51,617 nucleotides of DNA from Syntrophus sp. GWC2_56_31 (GTDB lineage: Bacteria; Desulfobacterota; Syntrophia; Syntrophales; UBA5619). Within the stretch, counting starts at the first letter, position 1, and each line of letters opens with the position of its first letter. The stretch lies in contig MICN01000097.1 in NCBI GenBank assembly GCA_001829875.1, positions 1-51,617 of the forward strand, in the 5' to 3' direction. This document shows positions 34,256 to 45,997 of this stretch, in pieces. The notes under the pieces were generated by a model. The model saw only the letters and a list, made by a program, of their open reading frames with translations. It ran no database searches and had not been told where the DNA came from. Made by a program: the position numbers and the translations under genes.

Positions 34256-35673
34256 CCAGCGAGGCGCCTCTTCTCTCCGCCGGAGAGATACTCAAGGCGA
34301 CGGGAGGGTCACCGTTTTCGGGTGGTTCCGAATGGTCATGTCGCGGTATCTCCACGGATACACGAACACTCCGGGCGAGAAACCTCTTCATTGCCCTTCC
34401 GGGAAAAAACTTCGACGGTCACGACTGCCTCACCGCAGCCGCCGAAAAGGGAGCTTCCGGCCTTCTGGTCCGAATGGACCGGGGCGGAAAACTGGGTACA
34501 GGGGCGAAAGTGCTGCCGGTGATCGGTGTCCCCGATACATTGCGGGCGCTGGGAGACATCGCCTGCGCCTGGCGGAGGAAGTTTACCCTCCCGGTTGTCG
34601 CGATTACAGGGAGTTCGGGAAAGACGACCACGAAAGAGATGCTCTTGGCCGTCGCCTCCCGATCACGGAAAGTCGTTGCTACGGAAGGAAACTCGAATAA
34701 TCTTATCGGCCTTCCGCAGACACTGCTAAACATACGCGCAGAACACGAGCTTGCCGTGGTCGAAATGGGAACGAACAGTCCGGGAGAAATTGCACGCCTT
34801 GCCGCCATTGCCCAACCCGACATCGGTCTGATTACAAACATCGGCCCCGCGCACCTGGAGGGGCTCGGCTCGATCGAGGCGATCCGGGAGGAAAAGGGCG
34901 CCCTGTTTCAAGTCATGAACGGACGGGGGACCGCCATCATCAATCACGACGATGATGCAGTGGGCATTCTGGCCGGACGCTGGCGGGGCGACCGCATCAC
35001 CTTCGGCCTCAGACCGGGGGCGGATATCACTGCGCGGCGGATAGAAACGGCGGGCCCGGAAGGGGTCCGCTTCAACCTCGTCATCGATGGGACCGAGGTC
35101 CCGGTCCACCTGGCCGCCCCCGGAGAGCACCATATCCTGGACGCCCTGGCCGCCGGCGCCGCCGCTTGGGCGCTGGGTTTCGACCGGGAGGCGATCGCCG
35201 CGGGTCTGGCGACCTTTTGCCCCGTACCGGGACGGATGGAGATCCGCCGTCTGGGAAACGGCGCCTTTCTGATCATGGACACCTACAACGCCAATCCCGC
35301 CTCGATGCGGGAATCGCTCAAAACCCTGCGGGATCTTCGGGGAGAGGGCCGGGCAACCGTGATCCTGGGTGATATGCTGGAGCTTGGAGCACAGGCGCAG
35401 GAATTACACGAGGAAGTCGGGGGATTTCTTGTAAAGAGCGGTGTTGATCGGGTTTTTCTGAAGGGCGCACATTCCAGGTCCACGGCCGAGGGGGCGATGA
35501 AAAACGGCTTTCCCAGGGAGGGTATCGTCTTTTTCGATGATCCCGAAGAGGTCCTCGCCTCGCTCCTGTCTTTCCTGAAAAAGGAGGATTGGATCCTGAT
35601 CAAGGGATCTCGGATGATGAAAATGGAAGTCGCAGCGGAGGCCATCATTTCGCAATTTGACCTGAAGCCGTAA
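34252..35673 (+). CDS. murF: UDP-N-acetylmuramoyl-tripeptide--D-alanyl-D-alanine ligase
   Basis: [20 protein letters not shown] and [11 protein letters not shown] 34252 overlaps the murE stop (ATGA); ATG 34228 is an alternative start. Confidence 0.93.
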   Translation: MTSEAPLLSAGEILKATGGSPFSGGSEWSCRGISTDTRTLRARNLFIALPGKNFDGHDCLTAAAEKGASGLLVRMDRGGKLGTGAKVLPVIGVPDTLRALGDIACAWRRKFTLPVVAITGSSGKTTTKEMLLAVASRSRKVVATEGNSNNLIGLPQTLLNIRAEHELAVVEMGTNSPGEIARLAAIAQPDIGLITNIGPAHLEGLGSIEAIREEKGALFQVMNGRGTAIINHDDDAVGILAGRWRGDRITFGLRPGADITARRIETAGPEGVRFNLVIDGTEVPVHLAAPGEHHILDALAAGAAAWALGFDREAIAAGLATFCPVPGRMEIRRLGNGAFLIMDTYNANPASMRESLKTLRDLRGEGRATVILGDMLELGAQAQELHEEVGGFLVKSGVDRVFLKGAHSRSTAEGAMKNGFPREGIVFFDDPEEVLASLLSFLKKEDWILIKGSRMMKMEVAAEAIISQFDLKP

Positions 35674-35726
35674 AGAGTGTAAAGGTTCGCCACCAAAAAA
35701 CCGGAGGCGCCGGCGAGGAAAGAAAA

Positions 35727-36806
35727 ATGCTTTTTCACCTTTTATACCCGCTCCATGAGACGTACTCATTCTTTAACGTCTTTCGTTACATCACGTTTAG
35801 GACCATCTATGCGGCGATCACCTCGCTCGTCATCTGCTTTGTCATCGGGCCCTGGCTGATCAGGAAGCTTCGGGCGCTCCAGATCGGCCAGACGATCCGT
35901 GAAGACGGGCCGGATTCCCACCTCTCCAAGAAAGGGACCCCGACGATGGGCGGCATCCTGATCATCTTTGCCGTCACGATTTCCACTCTGCTCTGGGCCA
36001 ATCTGACGATCGGCTATATTTGGCTCGCGGTCATGGTCATGCTCGGATTCGGGCTCATCGGTTTTCTCGACGATTACCGAAAGTTCACCCGGCAAAACAG
36101 CCGGGGCGTACCGGGCAAGATCCGCCTGACCGCGGAGATTGCGATTGCGCTCTTCGTCGCTCTCATCCTCTACCTGAAGCCGGGATACAACCCCATCGTG
36201 ACGATCCCCTTCTTCAAAACGGCGCTCCCCAACCTGGGCTGGGGGTATGTCCTTTTATCGACCTTCATTATCGTGGGCGCTGCCAATGCGGTCAATCTCA
36301 CCGACGGTTTGGACGGCCTTGCCATCGGCCCGGCGATTACCTGTTTCATGACCTATCTGTTGTTTGCCTACTTCGCCGGAAACATCAAGATCGCCTCCTA
36401 TCTCCAAATCCCTTATGTGGCCGGAACCGGGGAACTGGCCATCTTCTGCGGGGCGATCGTCGGCGCCGGCATCGGATTTCTCTGGTATAACGCCTATCCC
36501 GCCCAGGTCTTCATGGGGGATGTGGGCGCGCTCTCCCTCGGCGGTTCACTGGGCGCCGTTGCGGTTCTGACAAAACAGGAGATACTTCTGGCCATCGTAG
36601 GGGGGATCTTCGTCCTGGAGACTTTCTCCGTCATTTTCCAGGTCGGTTGGTTCAAACTCACCAAAGGCAGGCGCATCTTCCAGATGGCGCCGATCCACCA
36701 CCATTTCGAACTCAAAGGGTGGCCCGAACCCAAGGTGATCGTCCGCTTCTGGATCATCTCCATCCTGCTCGCCCTTGTGGCAATCAGCACGCTGAAACTG
36801 AGGTGA
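35727..36806 (+). CDS. mraY: phospho-N-acetylmuramoyl-pentapeptide transferase
   Basis: [34 protein letters not shown] and PIHHHFE. Confidence 0.97.
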   Translation: MLFHLLYPLHETYSFFNVFRYITFRTIYAAITSLVICFVIGPWLIRKLRALQIGQTIREDGPDSHLSKKGTPTMGGILIIFAVTISTLLWANLTIGYIWLAVMVMLGFGLIGFLDDYRKFTRQNSRGVPGKIRLTAEIAIALFVALILYLKPGYNPIVTIPFFKTALPNLGWGYVLLSTFIIVGAANAVNLTDGLDGLAIGPAITCFMTYLLFAYFAGNIKIASYLQIPYVAGTGELAIFCGAIVGAGIGFLWYNAYPAQVFMGDVGALSLGGSLGAVAVLTKQEILLAIVGGIFVLETFSVIFQVGWFKLTKGRRIFQMAPIHHHFELKGWPEPKVIVRFWIISILLALVAISTLKLR

Positions 36807-36816
36807 TCGAGCGGCG

Positions 36817-38163
36817 ATGAATCTTCGAAATAAAAAAGTGGCGGTCATCGGCATCGGGAAAACGGGAGTCGCAACAGCCCGCTTTCTCACAGGTCTGGGA
36901 GCCGCGGTCGCCGTCACCGATGAAAAGCCGATAACGGCATGGGGAGAAGCTCTCTCCGAGCTGAAGAAGCTGCGGTCAGAGCCGGCCATCGTTTCTTATG
37001 GTCCGGAGATTCTCGCGGGCGTGGACCTCGTCGTCCCGTCACCGGGCGTCTATCCGTCAAACCCCATTCTTTTAGAGGCCATCCGGCGGGAAATACCGAT
37101 CGTCAGCGAACTCGAACTGGCCTCGCGATTTCTGAAGACGCCGCTTGTCGCCATCACCGGCACGAACGGAAAGACGACCGTGACAACGCTCATCGGGGAA
37201 ATTCTCCGCGCCGCGGGGAAAAGGGTCTTTGTCGGAGGCAATATCGGCGACCCCCTGATCGGCTACGTCGACGGGCCCCAAGAGGCCGCTTGGGCGGTCA
37301 TCGAGGTGAGCACCTTCCAGCTCCAGTGGATACGGGATTTCCACCCCGCTATCGCCCTTTTGCTGAACATCACAAGCGATCACATCGACTATCACGGCAG
37401 CTTTGCCGCCTACCGGCAGATCAAGGAATCGATCTTCTCTCGGCAGAGCGGTTCCGACCTCGCCATCCTCAATGCCGACGAGGCATCGACGGGATCGCTT
37501 ATCGGTCGCCTGAGAGCGCGGGTCGAGTGCTTCAGCTCTTCTACCACCGTCGCTCGCGGGATGTTCCTTGAAGGCGAGAAACTGGTCCGCGTTTCCCCCG
37601 ACGGCGATCGCGAGGGATACCCTCTCGCGATGATCCGGATCCCGGGACGTCACAACATAGAAAACGTGATGGCCGCCATCCTGACCGCCCGGGCGTGCGG
37701 CTGCGCCCCCCGGGATATCATCCGGGGTGTGGAGGGTTTTCGAGGCATCTCCCACCGGATCGAATTTGTCGAAGAGAAAAATGGTGTTCGCTTTTATGAC
37801 GATTCCAAAGGGACCAATGTCGGGGCGGTGATGCGCGCGCTCGAGTGTTTCTCCCAACCGGTCGTTCTCCTCCTCGGAGGACGGGACAAAGAGGGGGATT
37901 TCGAGACGCTCTCCCCCCTGATCCGGGATCGGGTCCGAGAGCTGATTCTTTTCGGCGAAGCAAGGGAGACGATCAACCGCCTCATCGGCGGGGTGGTTCA
38001 CACGCAATCGACGACCACTATGAAAGAGGCGGTGGCAATGGCCCGGAATCTTGCGTCGCATGGCGATGTCGTCCTCCTCTCACCCGGATGCGCAAGCTTT
38101 GACGAATTTGCGGATTACAAAGCCCGGGGAAGAGCATTTCAAGAACTGGTCAGGACATTGTAA
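36817..38163 (+). CDS. murD: UDP-N-acetylmuramoylalanine--D-glutamate ligase
   Basis: GIGKTGVA Rossmann N-terminus, GTNGKTTV, SDHIDYHG and DDSKGTNV. Confidence 0.95.
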   Translation: MNLRNKKVAVIGIGKTGVATARFLTGLGAAVAVTDEKPITAWGEALSELKKLRSEPAIVSYGPEILAGVDLVVPSPGVYPSNPILLEAIRREIPIVSELELASRFLKTPLVAITGTNGKTTVTTLIGEILRAAGKRVFVGGNIGDPLIGYVDGPQEAAWAVIEVSTFQLQWIRDFHPAIALLLNITSDHIDYHGSFAAYRQIKESIFSRQSGSDLAILNADEASTGSLIGRLRARVECFSSSTTVARGMFLEGEKLVRVSPDGDREGYPLAMIRIPGRHNIENVMAAILTARACGCAPRDIIRGVEGFRGISHRIEFVEEKNGVRFYDDSKGTNVGAVMRALECFSQPVVLLLGGRDKEGDFETLSPLIRDRVRELILFGEARETINRLIGGVVHTQSTTTMKEAVAMARNLASHGDVVLLSPGCASFDEFADYKARGRAFQELVRTL

Positions 38164-38165
38164 CG

Positions 38166-39269
38166 ATGAAAAGCGTGACGCAAGAAAAGAAACCGGATCT
38201 GATCCTCCTGCTGGTCACGTTGCTTCTGGTCACCATCGGGACGGTGATGATTTACTCCTCCAGCTCCATCCTCGCCATGGAACGATTCCGTGACGGCCAG
38301 TTCTTTCTCAAGAAACAGCTTTTTTTCTTTTTTCTCGGCCTGCTGCTCATGGTACTGATGACCCGGATTCCCTACTACAAGCTCCGGAAACTGGCCTGGC
38401 CGGGCATCGGAGTCACGATTTTCTTCCTGTGCGCGATCTGGATTCCCCATTTAGGGATCAAAGCCGGCGGCGCCGTTCGCTGGTTCAACCTCGGGGTATT
38501 CTCTTTTCAGGTTTCAGAGCTGGCCAAGGTTGCCCTGATCCTCTTTCTGGCCCATTTCCTGACCCAGCGGGCCAACCACGTGCGGGAGATCATCCAGGGA
38601 CTGCTCATCCCTTTGGGCGTTACGGGGGTCATTGTGGGGCTGATCCTGCTGCAGCCGGATTTCGGCACCACCGTCATCATCGTTGTCATCACCCTCATGA
38701 TGGTCTATCTGGCCGGCGGCAGGATCGTCCATCTGGCGGGACTCGCCGCCCTGTTCCTCCCCGTCCTGATCTGGCTCCTCATTTACAAACGATATCGCCT
38801 CACCCGGCTATTGACGTTTCTCGATCCCTGGAAAGACCCCCGTAACTCCGGTTTTCAGATTATCCAGTCCCTTATTGCCTTCGGCTCGGGCGGCGCCTTC
38901 GGGGTGGGGATCGGCGACGGGATGCAGAAGCTCTTTTATCTCCCGGAACCCCATACCGACTTCATCCTCTCGGTCATTGCCGAGGAGAGCGGTTTCGTCG
39001 GTGTCGGGCTGATCCTTTTTCTTTATGTCATTCTTATTATCCGAGGGTTCCAGATCTCGCTGCGGGCGCCTGATCTTTTCGGAAACCTGCTCGCCGCGGG
39101 GCTGACGATGCTGATCGCTCTGGAGACTTTCATCAACATCGCGGGCGTGACCGGTTTGATCCCTCTCAAAGGGCTCGCCCTCCCCTTCCTGAGTTATGGG
39201 GGAACCTCGCTGATGATGTCCCTGGTTGCGGCGGGAATTTTACTTAATATTTCTGCTTATGAAAGATAA
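38166..39269 (+). CDS. ftsW: peptidoglycan glycosyltransferase FtsW (SEDS family)
   Basis: ~10 TM spans and SEDS motifs QPSELAK-like (QVSELAKV), PDFGT, EPHTDFI and LPFLSYGG. Confidence 0.93.
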   Translation: MKSVTQEKKPDLILLLVTLLLVTIGTVMIYSSSSILAMERFRDGQFFLKKQLFFFFLGLLLMVLMTRIPYYKLRKLAWPGIGVTIFFLCAIWIPHLGIKAGGAVRWFNLGVFSFQVSELAKVALILFLAHFLTQRANHVREIIQGLLIPLGVTGVIVGLILLQPDFGTTVIIVVITLMMVYLAGGRIVHLAGLAALFLPVLIWLLIYKRYRLTRLLTFLDPWKDPRNSGFQIIQSLIAFGSGGAFGVGIGDGMQKLFYLPEPHTDFILSVIAEESGFVGVGLILFLYVILIIRGFQISLRAPDLFGNLLAAGLTMLIALETFINIAGVTGLIPLKGLALPFLSYGGTSLMMSLVAAGILLNISAYER

Positions 39270-40392
39270 ATCAACACCAAATCGCCGCGGCATCGGGATG
39301 ATCATCGCCGGAGGCGGAACAGGGGGTCATCTCTTTCCGGGGATCGCCATCGCCGAAGAGTTCCTCGGCAGGCATCCCGCAAACCAGGTTCTCTTTATCG
39401 GCACCGAACGGGGTCTTGAGAAGAAGATTCTGGGCGGACTGGGACTTCCGCTCAGGACCATCCATGTGGAAGGGATCAAGGGACAAAGGCCGCTTAGGAT
39501 CGCTGGCGCCCTCACGAAGATCCCCGGAGGCCTTTTCGCCTCATTCCGGATCCTTCGCGAATTCCGCCCGGACATCGTTGTCGGCGTGGGGGGTTACGCC
39601 TCGGGACCGGCGGTCCTCGCCGCCTTTCTCATGGGGGTGAAAACGGCAATCGCCGAACAGAACGCCTTTCCAGGGCTGACCAACCGAACCCTCGGCTATC
39701 TCGCCGATCGGATCTTTCTCGCCTTCCCGATATCGCAGAGGTGGTTCCCGAAAAGGCGGACACATATCACTGGAAATCCGATTCGTGCGGCTTTCACTGC
39801 AGAAAAACAGCAGGGGGAGAAAACGGACCCCCGGTTCACGATCCTTGTCTTCGGAGGGAGCCAGGGGGCTCACACGATCAACCGGATGGTCGGCGAGGCG
39901 CTGGCCGGCCTGCAGCACTTGAAGGACCTGCTCCGTTTCATACATCAGGCGGGGGAAAAAGATCTGGAGGCGATGAGCGCAACCTACCGTAAACACGGTT
40001 TTTCGGCCGAAGTTTCACCGTTCATCGTGGACATGGCCGCGGCTTACCATAAGGCCGATCTCCTGATCTGCCGGGCAGGCGCGACATCCATCGCGGAGAT
40101 CACCGCCGGCGGGAAGGCCTCGATCCTGATCCCCTTCCCTTTCGCGGTAAACGACCATCAGGCGCTAAACGCCGAGGTGCTCTCCCGTGCCGGGGCGGCG
40201 GAAGCGATCGCGGAAAAGGATCTGAGCGGACCGGGGCTGGCGAGGATGATTGAACAGCTTTATCAAAATCAGGGCGCCGTCCGGAAGATGGAAGCCGCCG
40301 CCGCCGCTTTGGGCAAGCGTAACGCGGCCAAGGAGATTGTCGACATCTGTCTGTCGCTGGTCCGAAACCGGCGACCAACCGAGAATGCCTGA
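39259..40392 (+). CDS. murG: UDP-N-acetylglucosamine--N-acetylmuramyl-(pentapeptide) pyrophosphoryl-undecaprenol GlcNAc transferase
   Basis: AGGGTGGHLFPG and RAGATSIAE...P....DHQ..NA. ATG 39259 overlaps the ftsW 3' end. Confidence 0.93.
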   Translation: MKDKSTPNRRGIGMIIAGGGTGGHLFPGIAIAEEFLGRHPANQVLFIGTERGLEKKILGGLGLPLRTIHVEGIKGQRPLRIAGALTKIPGGLFASFRILREFRPDIVVGVGGYASGPAVLAAFLMGVKTAIAEQNAFPGLTNRTLGYLADRIFLAFPISQRWFPKRRTHITGNPIRAAFTAEKQQGEKTDPRFTILVFGGSQGAHTINRMVGEALAGLQHLKDLLRFIHQAGEKDLEAMSATYRKHGFSAEVSPFIVDMAAAYHKADLLICRAGATSIAEITAGGKASILIPFPFAVNDHQALNAEVLSRAGAAEAIAEKDLSGPGLARMIEQLYQNQGAVRKMEAAAAALGKRNAAKEIVDICLSLVRNRRPTENA

Positions 40393-40400
40393 GGAAAGCG

Positions 40401-41819
40401 ATGAAAGAGTTCCTTCAGAAAAGCAGCATGTACCGGAAGATCAGACGTATCCACTTCGTCGGCATCGGCGGTATCGGCATGAGCGGGATCGCCGAGGTTC
40501 TCCTGAATTTAGGTTATGAGATCAGCGGTTCGGATCTCGCTTCGACCGACATTACCCAGCGTCTGGATGACATGGGCGCGGCGATCCACCGGGGGCATGA
40601 TGCCTCCCATATCGGCAATGCCGACGTCGTTGTCACCTCTACAGCCGTTCGGCCGGATAATCCCGAGGTGCTCGCGGCCCATCGGCGCAACATCCCGGTT
40701 ATTCCGCGCGCAGAGATGCTCGCAGAACTGTTGAAGATGAAATTCTCCATCGCCGTCTCGGGCAGCCACGGGAAGACGACAACGACCTCGATTGTCGCGA
40801 CGCTCCTCGCCCACGGAGGTCTGGACCCGACGATGGTGATCGGAGGCAAGCTTGCCAGCATCGGGAGCAACGCCCGTTTGGGCGACGGGGAAGTGATTGT
40901 AGCGGAGGCGGACGAGAGCGACGGATCCTTCCTCAAGTTGAGCCCCTGCCTCGCCGTCATTACAAATATCGACCGGGAGCACATGGACTATTACCGGGAC
41001 GTGGAAGAGATCAGGGAAGCCTTTCTTTGCTTTGCCAACATCGTCCCGTTTTACGGCTCGACTATCCTCTGCCTGGACGATGTCCACACGCGGGAGATCC
41101 TCCCCCGGATCAAACGAAAGATTGTGACCTTCGGCCTTGCAGCAGAGGCCGACTACAGGGCGACCGACATTGTCTACTCCGGTTCCACCTCCCGATTCTC
41201 GCTTTTCTATCGGGACATCCTTCTGGGAACCGTGAAACTCAATGTCCCGGGACTATTTAACGTCTATAACGCCCTGGCGGCGACGGCGGTGGCCCGGGAA
41301 ATGGATCTGACCTTCCCCGTCATCCGGGAAGGGCTGCAGCATTTTACGGGTGTTCAGCGGAGACTGGAAGTCCGCGGAGAGGCACAAGGCATGACCGTGG
41401 TCGACGACTACGGCCATCACCCGACAGAGATCCGCGCCACGCTCGCCGCGGCAAAACAGGTCTGGACCGGGCGGATCATCGTTGTCTTCCAGCCTCACCG
41501 TTATACCCGAACGCAGGCCCTGTTTCGGGAGTTCCTGACGGCCTTTACCGACGCCGATTCTCTGATCGTCACCGATATCTATCCCGCGAGCGAAGAGCCG
41601 ATCCCCGGGGTGAGCGCGGAAGCGCTCTGCGAGGCGATCCGCGAGGCCGGTCATCCGGACGCCGTCCATTTTTCGAGTTTTGACGCCGTTGTGGAGCATC
41701 TTGCTCAGGTCGCACAGCCTAAAGACGTGATCCTGACCCAGGGAGCGGGAAGTGTCTGGAAAGTGGGAGAGGCGTTTCTGAAACGGATGAGAGGGGAAAA
41801 GGCGGATGCGCAGGGATGA
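40401..41819 (+). CDS. murC: UDP-N-acetylmuramate--L-alanine ligase
   Basis: HFVGIGGIGMSGIAEVL, GSHGKTTTTS and DDYGHHPTEI. Confidence 0.95.
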   Translation: MKEFLQKSSMYRKIRRIHFVGIGGIGMSGIAEVLLNLGYEISGSDLASTDITQRLDDMGAAIHRGHDASHIGNADVVVTSTAVRPDNPEVLAAHRRNIPVIPRAEMLAELLKMKFSIAVSGSHGKTTTTSIVATLLAHGGLDPTMVIGGKLASIGSNARLGDGEVIVAEADESDGSFLKLSPCLAVITNIDREHMDYYRDVEEIREAFLCFANIVPFYGSTILCLDDVHTREILPRIKRKIVTFGLAAEADYRATDIVYSGSTSRFSLFYRDILLGTVKLNVPGLFNVYNALAATAVAREMDLTFPVIREGLQHFTGVQRRLEVRGEAQGMTVVDDYGHHPTEIRATLAAAKQVWTGRIIVVFQPHRYTRTQALFREFLTAFTDADSLIVTDIYPASEEPIPGVSAEALCEAIREAGHPDAVHFSSFDAVVEHLAQVAQPKDVILTQGAGSVWKVGEAFLKRMRGEKADAQG

Positions 41820-42726
41820 AACATGGCGTAGGGAACTCCAGACAAAGGTGTCCGGAGAGATCCGCTTCGACGAACCCGCGGACCGTCATACCTCGATGGG
41901 CGTCGGGGGGAAGATCGACGCGCTTGTCTTTCCGAAAAACCCGGAGGAACTCTTGGAGGCGGTCGCGTTTCTCAAGGCTAACCATATCCCTTTTCTCCCC
42001 GTCGGCAACTGGACCAACTTGATCGTCACAAGCGGCGGCTACCGAGGCGCCCTCATTTCGCTCGCGGCGATATGCGCCATTGAAGAGAAGAAGGACAGCA
42101 ACGGGACCGTCTGTCTGGAGGCGGAATCGGGCGTCTCGCTCGCTGAACTGGTCGCCCAGACCGAGCGCAGGGGTCTTTCGGGAATGGAATTCTGTGCCGG
42201 AATCCCGGGGAGCGTCGGCGGCGCCATCCGGATGAACGCCGGCGCTTACGGGAGAGAGATCAAGGATGTGTGCGTCTCGCTTCGTCTCTTGGACCCGGTC
42301 GAGGGTCTCCGCACCGTCACCCGTGAATCTCTCATTTTTACATATAGAAATCTTGACTTACCCGCAGAAACGGTTATCATCGGCGCAGTGTTCGGGTTTA
42401 AGCGGGGGGAGCGGGAGAAAATCGCCGGACGGGTCCGTGAAATTATTTCCCTCCGCAGGGAAAAGCACCCACTGGAATTCAGGAACGCCGGTTCAATCTT
42501 TAAAAATCCCCGGGAGATACCCGCCGGCAGGCTCATCGAAACGGCAGGGCTTAAAGGGATACGGATCGGCGACGCCCAAGTATCGGAGAAACATGGCAAT
42601 TTTATCATCAACCGGGGAGCGGCGAGCGCGGGGGAGATCCTCGACCTGATCGACCTTGTTCGGAAGCGGGTTTTTGAGACAACGGGCTATGCCCTTGAAA
42701 CCGAGGTAAAGATCATCGGAGAGTAA
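41806..42726 (+). CDS. murB: UDP-N-acetylenolpyruvoylglucosamine reductase
   Basis: FAD-binding domain (GVGGKIDALVFP, GNWTNL), GIPGSVGGAIRMNAGAYG and AGSIFKNP. Confidence 0.93.
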   Translation: MRRDETWRRELQTKVSGEIRFDEPADRHTSMGVGGKIDALVFPKNPEELLEAVAFLKANHIPFLPVGNWTNLIVTSGGYRGALISLAAICAIEEKKDSNGTVCLEAESGVSLAELVAQTERRGLSGMEFCAGIPGSVGGAIRMNAGAYGREIKDVCVSLRLLDPVEGLRTVTRESLIFTYRNLDLPAETVIIGAVFGFKRGEREKIAGRVREIISLRREKHPLEFRNAGSIFKNPREIPAGRLIETAGLKGIRIGDAQVSEKHGNFIINRGAASAGEILDLIDLVRKRVFETTGYALETEVKIIGE

Positions 42727-43572
42727 ATGAAGAAACCGTTCCGCCTGCGGTTTGAAGCGAAAAAAAACCGACTGAAGCGACACGCCGACGAGGTCCTACG
42801 GGAAATCGGCCGGGCGCTCCTGCTGACAGGAGGTATCGCCGCCGTCACCGCCCTGCTGCTTTTCGGCTTCGACTTGACGATTCGTTCCTCCACTCTCAGC
42901 ATCCGGGAGACCGTTGTTCGGGGATGCAAGGAACTGACCGAAAAAGATATCCTGACTCTGGCCGCCATCCGTCCCGCTGCGAACATCCTGACGCTCAATC
43001 CCGACGCGATTGCCCGTCGGATCAGGACAAACCCCTGGATCCGCGAGGTCTTCATCGGGAGGGAGTTTCCAGACCGGCTGGTCATCGTGATCCGGGAAAG
43101 AAAAGCGGTCGCCCTCCTGCAAAAGCAGGGTGGACTCTACCTCCTCGACAGTAACGGGGCGCCCTTCAAAAGGATGGAATCCGGCGATGAACCCAATCTT
43201 CCGGTTCTCACAGGCTTGGTCCGGGAGGGGATAACCGACGAGGCGTTGGTGATGAAATCCATCGCTCTGCTGATTTATCTTGCGGATGCGAAGGACATCC
43301 CCGCCATCGGTGCGGTATCGGAGGTCCATGGAAACGAGACCTTCGGGCTCTCTTTGTTCACCGAAACGGGTCTCTGCCTGCAGCTGGGTTTCGACGGTTA
43401 TGAAAACAAGCTGAAGCGACTGATCCCCGTCATGGCGGATTTGGACCGCAAGAACATGAAGACCGGTTTTTTACTTATCGATTTGAACGACCCGACGAAA
43501 ATCAATGTCCAGCAGCGCAATATCCTTGAGCCTGCAAGACCGGTTGGCGCCGGAAAGCGATACCGGATGTAA
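42727..43572 (+). CDS. ftsQ: cell division protein FtsQ
   Basis: N-terminal TM span, POTRA-like region (IRETVVRGCKELTEKDIL...) and FtsQ-type C-terminal domain. Sits between murB and ftsA. Confidence 0.8.
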   Translation: MKKPFRLRFEAKKNRLKRHADEVLREIGRALLLTGGIAAVTALLLFGFDLTIRSSTLSIRETVVRGCKELTEKDILTLAAIRPAANILTLNPDAIARRIRTNPWIREVFIGREFPDRLVIVIRERKAVALLQKQGGLYLLDSNGAPFKRMESGDEPNLPVLTGLVREGITDEALVMKSIALLIYLADAKDIPAIGAVSEVHGNETFGLSLFTETGLCLQLGFDGYENKLKRLIPVMADLDRKNMKTGFLLIDLNDPTKINVQQRNILEPARPVGAGKRYRM

Positions 43573-43611
43573 GGCGCGAAGGATGTGATTCAATCTGGAG
43601 CCGGAGGAGGC

Positions 43612-44838
43612 ATGGGGAAGAAAGAGAATGTGGTTGTCGGTCTGGATATCGGAACAACGAAAACCTGTATGATCGTTGGTGAGATCAAGGAGCTGGGACT
43701 CGACATTATCGGCCTCGGCTCCCACCCTTCGGAGGGATTGAGAAAAGGTGTCGTCGTCAACATCGAAAGTACGGTAGAGTCGATCAGGCGGGCCGTGGAA
43801 GAGGCGGAGCGCATCTCCGGCTGCGAGATCCGCTCCGTCTATGTCGGGATCGCAGGCGGTCACATCCGGGGACAGAACAGCCTCGGCATCGTGGCCGTCA
43901 AGGGTCGCGAGGTGGACGCCGATGATGTGGAACGGGCGATAGACGCGGCCAAGGCGATCGCCATCCCCTTAGACCGGCAGATCATCCATACCCTGCCACA
44001 GTACTACGTCGTCGACGAACAGGACGGCATCCGCGATCCGGTAGGGATGTCGGGGGTCCGTCTGGAGGCGAAGGTCCACATCGTCACCGGCGCCGTCACC
44101 TCCATCCAGAACGTTGTGAAATCGGTCAATCGTGTGGGACTGGACATCAACGACATCGTCCTGGAGCAGATCGCCTCCAGCGAAGCGGTCCTGAGCAGAG
44201 ACGAAAAGGACCTCGGGGTTGCCCTGATCGACATCGGCGGCGGGACAACCGACATCGCGATCTTCTCGGAGGGTAGCATCAAGCACACAGCGGTCCTGCA
44301 GGTTGGGGGCAACTATGTGACGAGCGACATAGCAACAGGCCTTAGAACACCCATCGCCGAGGCGGAAAAGATCAAGATCCGTTATGGTTGCGCTTACATG
44401 CCGATGATTCCCAAGGATGAATCGATCGAAGTCCCCAGCGTTGGGGGGCGGGAACCCCGTGAGGTCTCCCGGCAGATATTAGGCCGGATCATAGAGCCCC
44501 GTATGGAAGAGATCCTTTCGATGGCCTACAAGGAGATCACCAAATCCGGCTGCGAGGACATCCTGGCGGCGGGGGTTGTCCTGACGGGCGGGGCGTCGAT
44601 CCTTGAAGGGATACCGGAGCTTGCGGAGCAGATTTTCAACATGCCGGTCCGGCGGGGTTGCCCGATAAAGATAGGCGGGCTTACGGACGTGGTCAACAGC
44701 CCCCTGTACGCGACCGGCGTGGGACTCGTGGTTTACGGGAGCAGAAACATCGAACGGGAAATGCTGGGGCGGGCGGAGGGGAATTTTATCATCAGGAGTT
44801 TGAAAAGACTTAAACAATGGATTCTCGAATTTTTTTAG
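43612..44838 (+). CDS. ftsA: cell division protein FtsA
   Basis: Actin-like ATPase motifs [10 protein letters not shown] and DIGGGTTD, with a C-terminal amphipathic helix. ATG 43612 follows GGAGGAGG. Confidence 0.95.
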   Translation: MGKKENVVVGLDIGTTKTCMIVGEIKELGLDIIGLGSHPSEGLRKGVVVNIESTVESIRRAVEEAERISGCEIRSVYVGIAGGHIRGQNSLGIVAVKGREVDADDVERAIDAAKAIAIPLDRQIIHTLPQYYVVDEQDGIRDPVGMSGVRLEAKVHIVTGAVTSIQNVVKSVNRVGLDINDIVLEQIASSEAVLSRDEKDLGVALIDIGGGTTDIAIFSEGSIKHTAVLQVGGNYVTSDIATGLRTPIAEAEKIKIRYGCAYMPMIPKDESIEVPSVGGREPREVSRQILGRIIEPRMEEILSMAYKEITKSGCEDILAAGVVLTGGASILEGIPELAEQIFNMPVRRGCPIKIGGLTDVVNSPLYATGVGLVVYGSRNIEREMLGRAEGNFIIRSLKRLKQWILEFF

Positions 44839-44852
44839 GGAGGAACGGCGTT

Positions 44853-45995
44853 ATGTTCGAATTGTCGGATACGGGCGTGCTGAGTGCAGCCAAGATCAAA
44901 GTGATCGGCATCGGCGGTGCGGGAGGGAATGCCATCAATACCATGATTTCATACCATCTTCGGGGCGTTGATTTCATTGCTGCCAATACCGATGCACAGG
45001 CACTCGAGAGGTCCTCCGCGCCGATCAAGATCCAGCTAGGCATTGAAGTCACCAAGGGGCTTGGCGCCGGTTCCGACCCGGATATTGGAAGACAGGCTGC
45101 CCTCGAAGCACGGGAACTGCTTAAGACCCATATCGAAGGAGCCGATATGGTTTTCATCGCAGCGGGTCTTGGCGGCGGCACCGGCACCGGGGGCGCCCCG
45201 ATCGTGGCAGAGATTGCCAAGGAGACGGGGGCGCTGACGGTTGCAGTCGTGACGAAACCCTTCCTGTTCGAGGGAAAGAGGCGAAACAGCCAGGCCGATG
45301 GGGGAATCAGCGAGCTGCGAAAGGCAGTGGACACCCTCATCATTATACCCAACCAGCGTCTCCTCAGTCTGGCCGGACGCAATATTTCACTCATCGAAGC
45401 CTTCAAAAAGGCCGATGATATCCTCTATCACGCCGTCAAAGGGATCTCCGATCTGATCATGATACCGGGTCTGATCAACCTCGACTTCGCCGATGTGAAG
45501 ACCATCATGTCCGAAATGGGCATGGCCCTGATGGGGACCGGTGTGGCCAGCGGCGAGAATCGAGCCGTGGAGGCCGCCCAGAAGGCAATCTCCTCGCCGC
45601 TCCTCGAAGACAATACCATCCAAGGCGCCCGCGGCGTCCTGTTGAACATCACCGGCGGCCCGGACATGACCCTCTACGAAATTCATGAGGCCTCCTCGCT
45701 GGTCCAGTCCGAGGCCCACGAGGATGCGAATATCATCTTCGGCACGGTCGTCGACGAGACGATGGGGGATGAAATCAGGATCACTTTGATAGCAACCGGG
45801 CTCGACAATGCAGAACTGCCCAGGAGCAACGTCACATCCCTCGGCAGCGTCCGGCGGAGCAATCTGGCCGTTCCCACATTCATCAGACAGGAAAAGACAA
45901 AGGACGGCGCCGCTCCGATAAATACCGGGATAGAGGACGCAGAGGAGAATACGGATCTGGAGATCCCTACGTTCTTGAGGCGACAGGCGGACTAA
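44853..45995 (+). CDS. ftsZ: cell division GTPase FtsZ
   Basis: [23 protein letters not shown] and NLDFADV, with the conserved C-terminal peptide [16 protein letters not shown] 44853 follows GGGAGGA. Confidence 0.97.
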   Translation: MFELSDTGVLSAAKIKVIGIGGAGGNAINTMISYHLRGVDFIAANTDAQALERSSAPIKIQLGIEVTKGLGAGSDPDIGRQAALEARELLKTHIEGADMVFIAAGLGGGTGTGGAPIVAEIAKETGALTVAVVTKPFLFEGKRRNSQADGGISELRKAVDTLIIIPNQRLLSLAGRNISLIEAFKKADDILYHAVKGISDLIMIPGLINLDFADVKTIMSEMGMALMGTGVASGENRAVEAAQKAISSPLLEDNTIQGARGVLLNITGGPDMTLYEIHEASSLVQSEAHEDANIIFGTVVDETMGDEIRITLIATGLDNAELPRSNVTSLGSVRRSNLAVPTFIRQEKTKDGAAPINTGIEDAEENTDLEIPTFLRRQAD

Positions 45996-45997
45996 TT

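Noticed and set aside
37072-38061. 329-aa minus-strand ORF inside murD. Similar cases are 27649..28662 inside ruvX/mltG, 6262..6966 inside rnhA, 7325..7942 inside pyk and 15796..16470 antisense to pal.
   Set aside because: All are shadow ORFs opposite well-supported conserved genes in high-GC sequence. None has recognisable motifs.
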